Part shown: piece by piece, positions 51,010-57,088 of the stretch
Layout of the letters: each line of letters begins with the position of its first letter
How positions within the stretch are numbered: position 1 is the first letter of the stretch
Source of the DNA: a virus
Lineage: Duplodnaviria; Caudoviricetes
DNA: 57,088 bases
Reading direction: 5' to 3' (one strand)
Virus record (IMG/VR): IMGVR_UViG_3300037261_000179
Location: 1 to 57,088 of that record
Notes under the pieces: generated by a model
What the model saw: only the letters and a program-made list of their open reading frames with translations
Told to the model about the DNA's origin: nothing
Databases searched by the model: none
Made by a program: the position numbers and the translations under genes

Positions 51010-53277
51010 TCATGTATTCACTGGCCGGGCCTGCACAGGCTCTGCGGTCTGTTGCCTCGGGCCGGAAAGGATGGACGCAAGCCCCGGCTTGGGACCGGGC
51101 GACTGCCGGTGCCCGTTGTTCGCTGGGTGGTGTGACGGCCTCTGCCCTACCCCAAGGGGCGCCACGCCCGGAGCCACAGGATGGCCGCCGGGATGAGGCT
51201 CCGCCATACCGGGAGGGAGTGGGCCGCCTGTTCCCGTTTCCTGCACCCCAATGTCCGCCATGATTTGAAAACGCTCTGCCGCTGTGAGCTCGGCAATGTC
51301 CGCCTTGAGTGACAGCGAAGGCTTCAGCGGTGGCACCGGTTTTGGCTGTCTGGCCGCCTCCGCCTGGGCCTGCGCCATCGCCGCCTGCACTTTTTGAATG
51401 TCCTGATCCCGCCAGCGGTAGCGCTCGGGCTGCATACCCGAGACCCGGAAAAGATCGAGGAACACGCGCCGCGGGTCGATATTGCCTTGGCCGGGCTTGA
51501 AAATGTCGGGGAACATTTGCATGGACTCGACCGTCCGGGTGAGCGCCGCCACCCGCTTGGCATCTGGCCCCGGCAGCGCGCCATCGTGTGCCCGGTAGGT
51601 GAATTCCCCCTGGATCACGTCGTTGTTGATCGTGTACTTTCCATCTGCAAACATGTCCATCACATCCTCGTCCTCCCCGACAATCCGACGGATCAACTCC
51701 GCATCAAAGAACTGCTGGAAGTTGGATGTGAGACGTTTGGTCTGTGGAACAATCCCACCGACGGAGAGAAGCCGCGCTATTGCCGACAGGCGCCCGGCCG
51801 CCATCTGCTGGGTGTTGGCAAACTCCGTGGCCGTCGTGCTGCCACCAGAAGTCTGGCCCTGCAAATTTTGGTTCGCCCCCGAAGTCGCCTCGGCAAAAGA
51901 AATGAAGCCCTTCATCTCCTCCAAAAATCCGGCCGTCATGTCCACCATCGGGACCTGCTTGATCACGTCGTTGATCGGCATTGTCTCGCCTTCCGGCAGA
52001 ATCGTGATGAACTTTCCTTCCTTCTCCGGGTCCTCGAAATCTGCCACGTCGATGAGCCGCGACTTGGCGATGAACACATTGCCGATCGTGCGCGTGACCG
52101 CTTCTTGGTGGCGGTTTTTCAGGTAGTCCACGTAGTCCTGAATGTTTTTCAAAACCATGACCCATGAAGGCGACCACTGATAAAAAGGTGACGGCCTGGC
52201 CTCCCCGACCGAATAGGGAAATTGGTCGTGCTCATAGGTGGACTCGTTGAAAGCCAGCGGCTCCTTTTCATTCCCGATGATCAGCTGGAAAACTTCCGGA
52301 TCGGTCCGGTCATCAATTTCGTAGTCCTTCGGCACAAGCCGCACCCACAGCTCCACAAAGTCGATCATACCCGGGTCCTTTGCGTCGGCGCGCGAATCGA
52401 CCGGCGTTGCCACCTTGCCCCTTTCGTAGGCCGTCCGGGAAATAAGATCCTGCCCGGTCGGGCCCGTCGCCGTGCTGGAGGTCGGATACGCGATGGACTT
52501 GGAAGGTTTTTTCTTGAGCTCATTCACCGCGCGGGCCGACAGATACATCGGATCGTCCGCCGGCAGTTCACTCCGTCCCTTGATGTACGTCCAGGGCTTG
52601 ACCATGCGGTGCCCGGCGAATCGGCCTTCCTGCATGCGGAACAGCGGCATCAGCGGGTCGATATAAAAATCGTACGGGGAAACAATTTCCACCCGGTTGT
52701 ATCCCCCGACGCGGGTCTTGACTTTCTTCTGTTCAGTCACCGGCTGGCCGGATTCGTCAAGCACCGGCTGGCCTTCATCGTCCGTCTTGGGCACGTCCTG
52801 CCAGACGCCCTTCATGATCGGAGCGTAGCAGTCGTAGAAAACCCCGCGGTTGTAGACCAGGGAATTCTCCACCCACATCCAGCCCAGCTGGTACATGCCG
52901 GAAACCTGCTGCTCGGAATTCCATCTCAGAAGCTCGTTCATCAGCCGCGCCGCCCCCTCGTCATCCGGGCCGCCGGCATCGACCTTGTGCGGGTTGTCAT
53001 CGCCGAACAGCGACTGCGTGATAAACGCCGTCATGGTGTGGACATGCGTCGCCGTGATCGGCAAAATGAAACGGCGGGGCTTTCCTTTGGCGAGACTCAC
53101 GTAGTCCTGTTTCGTGAGCGTCGCATAGCACATGAGGATGTCATGCGCGGCATCCATGTCCGCCGTATAATAGTCCAGCGTCGCCCGGGCGTGCGTGATG
53201 TAGTCCTGCCCCAGCTTGAGCACCGTCTTGCGAAAGGTCTCGTCGGAATCCAGCCGCGATGTCAGGGAAGTGGGCAT
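51010..53277 (-). CDS. Portal protein
   Basis: 755 aa after TerL; VSPYDFYIDP, ELW, FPY, SG....QG....TTATE motifs of podovirus portals. Confidence 0.9.
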   Translation of the reverse strand: MPTSLTSRLDSDETFRKTVLKLGQDYITHARATLDYYTADMDAAHDILMCYATLTKQDYVSLAKGKPRRFILPITATHVHTMTAFITQSLFGDDNPHKVDAGGPDDEGAARLMNELLRWNSEQQVSGMYQLGWMWVENSLVYNRGVFYDCYAPIMKGVWQDVPKTDDEGQPVLDESGQPVTEQKKVKTRVGGYNRVEIVSPYDFYIDPLMPLFRMQEGRFAGHRMVKPWTYIKGRSELPADDPMYLSARAVNELKKKPSKSIAYPTSSTATGPTGQDLISRTAYERGKVATPVDSRADAKDPGMIDFVELWVRLVPKDYEIDDRTDPEVFQLIIGNEKEPLAFNESTYEHDQFPYSVGEARPSPFYQWSPSWVMVLKNIQDYVDYLKNRHQEAVTRTIGNVFIAKSRLIDVADFEDPEKEGKFITILPEGETMPINDVIKQVPMVDMTAGFLEEMKGFISFAEATSGANQNLQGQTSGGSTTATEFANTQQMAAGRLSAIARLLSVGGIVPQTKRLTSNFQQFFDAELIRRIVGEDEDVMDMFADGKYTINNDVIQGEFTYRAHDGALPGPDAKRVAALTRTVESMQMFPDIFKPGQGNIDPRRVFLDLFRVSGMQPERYRWRDQDIQKVQAAMAQAQAEAARQPKPVPPLKPSLSLKADIAELTAAERFQIMADIGVQETGTGGPLPPGMAEPHPGGHPVAPGVAPLGVGQRPSHHPANNGHRQSPGPKPGLASILSGPRQQTAEPVQARPVNT

Positions 53278-53291
53278 TTCAAAATGCCTGC

Positions 53292-53756
53292 TCAGTCCTC
53301 CAGACCGGCGTCCTTCGGGCTCACTTTTTCCTGGGGCTCGCCGGCCGGCTCGTCCTTCTCCTCGGCGTCCTCCTCTTCAGGAGTCTCCGCGGCCTCTTCC
53401 TTCGGGTCCTCCTTGGACTCGTCCTCTTCAGATTCCTCCCCACCGTCTTCAGCCTCCACGTCGGTCAGGACCAAAGAAACTTTCTGAGGAGAATCTTTCG
53501 TCGGCACCTCACTGCCGTAGGACTCGCCTTGGGAAACAGACTTGACCACGTAGTGCACCGTCGCCTGTCCGGAGTCACCGACCTTCAGACTGCAGGCACA
53601 AAATGCGTCCACCTGAGAGCCGGTTAGCTGGATGCTGATGCCCGTCTTCGGTTTCGCCTTGTCTTTGCCGCCCTTGCCGGAAGGCGCATCCATCGCCACC
53701 GTGGGCGAACTGGCGCCGTACTTCTCTTCATCAGAAATCAAAAGGGACTTTTTCAT
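53292..53756 (-). CDS. Acidic hypothetical protein
   Basis: LKVGDS small beta domain with an Asp/Glu-rich tail. Confidence 0.7.
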   Translation of the reverse strand: MKKSLLISDEEKYGASSPTVAMDAPSGKGGKDKAKPKTGISIQLTGSQVDAFCACSLKVGDSGQATVHYVVKSVSQGESYGSEVPTKDSPQKVSLVLTDVEAEDGGEESEEDESKEDPKEEAAETPEEEDAEEKDEPAGEPQEKVSPKDAGLED

Positions 53757-53818
53757 GGTGGGAAAATTTGAGGGGAGTAAACTACTCACAACGGCAAATT
53801 TGCCGCAGAGTCAAACCA

Positions 53819-53998
53819 TTACATTTTCGACCAGCCCTTGCACGCCAGATTTCGTGCGGTCCCCAGACCATACTTTTTCTTCTCGAGGTTCCCCATGTTC
53901 GCCACCGGGTTGGTCAGGGGCACGTTGGAAAGGCCGGGCTTTTTGCCCGCCAAGCTTTTCAGCGACGCCAGCTTGGGAATGCCGGTCAGGACACTCAT
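53819..53998 (-). CDS. 59-aa basic protein (not in the ORF track)
   Basis: MSVLTGIPKLASLKSLAGKKPGL...KKKYGLGTARNLACKGWSKM; ATGA-coupled. Confidence 0.65.
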   Translation of the reverse strand: MSVLTGIPKLASLKSLAGKKPGLSNVPLTNPVANMGNLEKKKYGLGTARNLACKGWSKM

Positions 53999-54159
53999 TT
54001 CTTCCCCCTGACCGCCAGCTTCTGGAAAGAAGCGAGGCCGTATTTCTTGCGCCCGATCGCGGCGGCAAGGGCGCCGGGGTCCGTGACACCGGGCTTGCCG
54101 CCCAGTTTCTTTTTCAGCGAGGCGAAGCGCACGCCGCTGCCAAGTTTTGCAGTGCTCAT
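53995..54159 (-). CDS. 54-aa basic protein (not in the ORF track)
   Basis: MSTAKLGSGVRFASLKKKLGGKPGVTDPGALAAAIGRKKYGLASFQKLAVRGKK; starts 1 nt after the TerL stop. Confidence 0.75.
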   Translation of the reverse strand: MSTAKLGSGVRFASLKKKLGGKPGVTDPGALAAAIGRKKYGLASFQKLAVRGKK

Positions 54160-54160
54160 T

Positions 54161-55780
54161 TCAGTAGTCCTTTTTCATCGGGTTGATTTTCACCGTCCGG
54201 TTCGCAATCACTCCGGTACTCGGCTTATTTTCCTCGAATACACGCTTGGCCAGCCGAAGGCAATTAATAATCGGATACCGAAAAGCGTCGGCCATATGGT
54301 CGGCCCCCTCGCACTGCGGGCCCTTGATCGGCGTCCCGGCCGAGTATCCCGCCTCGCCGGGCAACGGCCAGCGGTACTGCCCCAGGAGCGCCGTGTGCAG
54401 CCGTGGGCAGTTGGCCTTGTCTACCGCAAACACAAACCGCCCGTTCGGGTCCTTCTCCCGCATGAGCCTGTTCCCCACGGTGATCGTGGTATCGAGGCTG
54501 CGAACCTTGGTCTGGAACTGCGGCCAGAATCCATTCTTGTTCAGCACCTGCAGCGAACTGCCCTTGTCGCTCACCTGGGCGCCGGCCGGGTCGCAGAAAT
54601 CCATCACCCCGGAACAGATCGACCGGTTGTTCCAGAAGGGAAATTCCCGCTCGGTAATTTCCCGCACGGCGTCGCACTGCTTCTCCACGTCCGACATTTC
54701 GCAGTAGTACTCGTGCAGCACCCACCAGTATTCCACCGCGACCACGGTGTTGATCTTGGGCAGCTGGAAATCCAGCCGGAAGTAGGCGGAGAAAGTGTTG
54801 GCGTGCGTGCTGCCGAAGTCCCAGCCGCGCACCAGATACGCCCCCTGCGGCCAGCCCAGATTTTCAAAGGCGTGCTTGTCCTCGCGGAACGAGCGGTACA
54901 CGGGCGTCCCGTCGAACAGCTCCGCGTACTCGCCCAGCAGGTATCTCCGCCGATGCGCCGGCTTGTGGGCGTACTGGTTCTCCAAATTCTCGATGTACTG
55001 CGGAGGAAGGTTGTGCTTGTTCTCCGCCGTCCGCAGGTGCCAGAACCGGTGCGTCTCGTCCTTCTCCTCCTTCTTTCTGGCCTCCAGCTTGGCGATCCAG
55101 TGTCGGGGTGACGGAGGGTTCGTGTCCAGAATCACCGAGTAGTCGTCGATGAAATTCCCATACGCATCCTTCCACCGCAGGCAGGCCCGCGCCAGGTCAA
55201 GGTCGTTCTCCTGCATCAGATCCGCCTCGATCATCACGAACATCGAGCACTCATACCCGCGCAGCTGCCCCTCCGACTTGTCCTCGTCCTTCAGCCCGCG
55301 GAACTCGATGTAGCTGCACAGCCGGTCCCCCTCATTCTCAATCCAGGCGATCGTCTCCATCCGGGTCTTGGCCCCCTCATTGCGGAATTCGTTGTACGCC
55401 TCCATCGCGTCCCGCGACGGAATGCGGACCGTCAGCCCGTCATTCCATTTCCGGAACAGCGACAGCTCCGCGTCCAGCTCCATCCGAAACCCCATCTTGT
55501 CGTACGTCTCGTTGAAGGTCTTCAGGCTCGTGTCCGTGTTCGCCACCTGCGTTTTGCGCACACACAAGACCTTCGCCCCGGCGTAGTGGACGCAGTGCCG
55601 GATGGCCTCCACACTCGTACTCGTTGTTTTGCCGCTACCCCGGCCTCCTATAATTGCCCGCACCGGAGCATTCGATAGGTGGAACTCCACGCAGCTCGGC
55701 CCCGGCCGGTACCACTCCGCATCCGTCTGCCGCTGCTTGCGGTAGGACGCCCGTACTGGTCGTTCAGCGACAGCACTCAC
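54161..55780 (-). CDS. terL: Terminase large subunit
   Basis: IGGRGSGKT Walker A, MIEA Walker B variant, DTNP motif C, GWDFG, DPAG and DHMADAFRY nuclease motifs. Confidence 0.95.
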   Translation of the reverse strand: MSAVAERPVRASYRKQRQTDAEWYRPGPSCVEFHLSNAPVRAIIGGRGSGKTTSTSVEAIRHCVHYAGAKVLCVRKTQVANTDTSLKTFNETYDKMGFRMELDAELSLFRKWNDGLTVRIPSRDAMEAYNEFRNEGAKTRMETIAWIENEGDRLCSYIEFRGLKDEDKSEGQLRGYECSMFVMIEADLMQENDLDLARACLRWKDAYGNFIDDYSVILDTNPPSPRHWIAKLEARKKEEKDETHRFWHLRTAENKHNLPPQYIENLENQYAHKPAHRRRYLLGEYAELFDGTPVYRSFREDKHAFENLGWPQGAYLVRGWDFGSTHANTFSAYFRLDFQLPKINTVVAVEYWWVLHEYYCEMSDVEKQCDAVREITEREFPFWNNRSICSGVMDFCDPAGAQVSDKGSSLQVLNKNGFWPQFQTKVRSLDTTITVGNRLMREKDPNGRFVFAVDKANCPRLHTALLGQYRWPLPGEAGYSAGTPIKGPQCEGADHMADAFRYPIINCLRLAKRVFEENKPSTGVIANRTVKINPMKKDY

Positions 55781-56613
55781 GGCCGGGCTTTGAAAATCTC
55801 AGGTACAGAAACCTTCGGCCCGGCCGGAGGCTTCCGGCTGATTATCGCCGCCAGCTTCGTGAAATCCACCGACACCCGCGCCTCCCCGCCGGTCCGCGGC
55901 TTGATCTCCACCAGCTCACCGTTGGCCTCCGGCTCCATGATCGTGTCGGGCGGGACTTCGGAAGACGTGCCGAAAACGGCGTCCCGCGCAACGGAGGGAA
56001 TCTCCGGCCCGTTATGCCACTGCTCCGTCGGCGTGACGTTCCGCGCCACCCGCGGCGCCTGCGCCACCGACGGAATGTTGATCGAAATAAACGTCACCGG
56101 CTTCTGCCCCTTCAAGTCCACGGGCAAATCCTTCGCCGGATCATGCGGAGGAAGGATCGGCGCCTTGTCGTCGCCCAATGCTGTCATCGTCGTAAGGTCA
56201 ATCCGGGCCGCCGCGGCGGAAAGGTTGCGGATCGTCACATCGTCCAAGGCAACTTTGTTTGCAACGGCGGCGTCGAGAGTCGCCTGGATGTTGGCCCGCA
56301 GCCCCTCCCCCACTTTGATCGCGGCCTCCCGGTTGGCCTTGATCCGCTCCGCCGCGTTGGCCAGCACAATCGAATTGGGACTCTCCAACATCGGGGCACG
56401 GAGATGCAGCTGGGGTGCCAGCCTGATCATCTGGTCCCACTCCGCCTCGTAAATCCGGCGCTTCAGTTTCTTCGCGTCGATGCCCATTTCGGTGGCGATC
56501 TCTTCTGCCGTCGCCCCTTTCACGTACATCAGGAAGGCAGACTCCCAGTTCGTGCCGGACGGAAGACGGCCTTTGACCGTGAGGGTCGGAGGGGTTGGCT
56601 GCGTAACGGGCAT
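55777..56613 (-). CDS. Putative terminase small subunit (N-terminal HTH)
   Basis: AFLMYVKGATAEEIATEMGI...W HTH; coupled to TerL; ATG at 56613. Confidence 0.7.
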   Translation of the reverse strand: MPVTQPTPPTLTVKGRLPSGTNWESAFLMYVKGATAEEIATEMGIDAKKLKRRIYEAEWDQMIRLAPQLHLRAPMLESPNSIVLANAAERIKANREAAIKVGEGLRANIQATLDAAVANKVALDDVTIRNLSAAAARIDLTTMTALGDDKAPILPPHDPAKDLPVDLKGQKPVTFISINIPSVAQAPRVARNVTPTEQWHNGPEIPSVARDAVFGTSSEVPPDTIMEPEANGELVEIKPRTGGEARVSVDFTKLAAIISRKPPAGPKVSVPEIFKARP

Positions 56614-56994
56614 GGTTGGGATAGTTGCAGAATGGGAAAGTTTTGCCAGAGGAAAATCGTACCAAATTTTTTTTGGAAATTTTTTGGCGGAGGCGGATTT
56701 GATGGGCCCCATGGTTAGGCCGGAGGGGACCCGCAGACCGTCGCGGGATTGAGTTGGCGGGCCGGTTTTGGAGTGGCCCGTCCGGCCCGTTGGCGCGTCC
56801 GATCCTTGCCAAGCTGGCAAGTTTGAGCGCATAAAGCAGCGTCAACGGCACGCATAAGCGCTGCAACATTGGCCCGCATGCCTGGCGGCATCCCTCCGCA
56901 TTGCATATCTTACCCGATCGATCCTGTCCATCCGTCAACTGTCGTGCCTTTGGTCCATCGGCTTGCCGCTCCTCAACCTTTCCACTACGTCAAC

Positions 56995-57053
56995 TTATTG
57001 ACACTTGGCAAGTGAGTTGATAAGTGGAAACTATTTGACGGATGGAAAGTCTT
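56995..57053 (+). promoter_or_regulatory. Array of 18-19-bp-period TTGAC/TGGAAA units at the right end
   Basis: 57025-57053 matches the reverse complement of 49397-49425 at 26 of 29 nt. Confidence 0.7.
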
Positions 57054-57088
57054 TTACTAGGGGTTTTCTCTAGAGGCTTTCGGCCCTA

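Larger units (their letters stand above)
1..57088. mobile_element. Tailed dsDNA bacteriophage genome (podovirus-like), probably near-complete
   Basis: TerL, portal, capsid, nozzle, fibres, ejection proteins, PolA and primase-helicase are all present in two converging arms; no host housekeeping genes; no tape measure or sheath recognised. Confidence 0.95.

Noticed and set aside
53811-54089. Track ORF of 92 aa on the - strand
   Set aside because: Better explained by two coupled small ORFs in other frames (53995..54159 and 53819..53998)
52222-55111. Long + strand ORFs 52222..53487 and 53768..55111
   Set aside because: Antisense shadows of portal and terminase
1-57088. tRNA or structured ncRNA genes; stop-codon reassignment
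   Set aside because: No cloverleaf recognised in the short intergenic gaps (a tRNAscan-SE/Infernal run would be decisive); core genes are intact in the standard code and use all three stops

Overview
The window looks like an essentially complete ~57 kb tailed dsDNA phage genome with podovirus-type architecture, in two converging arms. The + strand arm (~166-22757) carries small early genes (cytosine MTase-like, pentapeptide repeat, APS-kinase-like, Lar-like), a replication block (SF2 helicase, Cas4-like nuclease, putative ssDNA-binding protein, HNH, primase-helicase, family A DNA polymerase, RuvC-like resolvase) and two paralogous Ig-domain genes. The - strand arm (56613 down to 22824) carries TerS, TerL, portal, scaffold, major capsid, two adaptor paralogues, tail collar, nozzle, a fibre/beta-helix cluster, a membrane/lipase cassette and three putative ejection proteins. 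I saw no integrase, tRNA, CRISPR array, reverse transcriptase, tape measure or recognisable endolysin. Most unusual features: (1) all five intact genes of the fibre/tailspike cluster start with classical Sec signal peptides; (2) the lysis slot holds a class 3 lipase with a lipoprotein and two membrane proteins instead of a peptidoglycan hydrolase; (3) a citrate-synthase-fold protein with a rewired active site and a sulfotransferase-like protein sit just before the ejection genes, with an APS-kinase-like gene in the early arm; (4) an AT-rich ADP-ribosyltransferase-like domain is inserted in the large ejection protein; (5) an 18-bp-period GGAAAGTATTTGAC motif recurs ahead of the capsid and fibre genes and at the right end. 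All calls come from reading motifs by eye; no searches were run.
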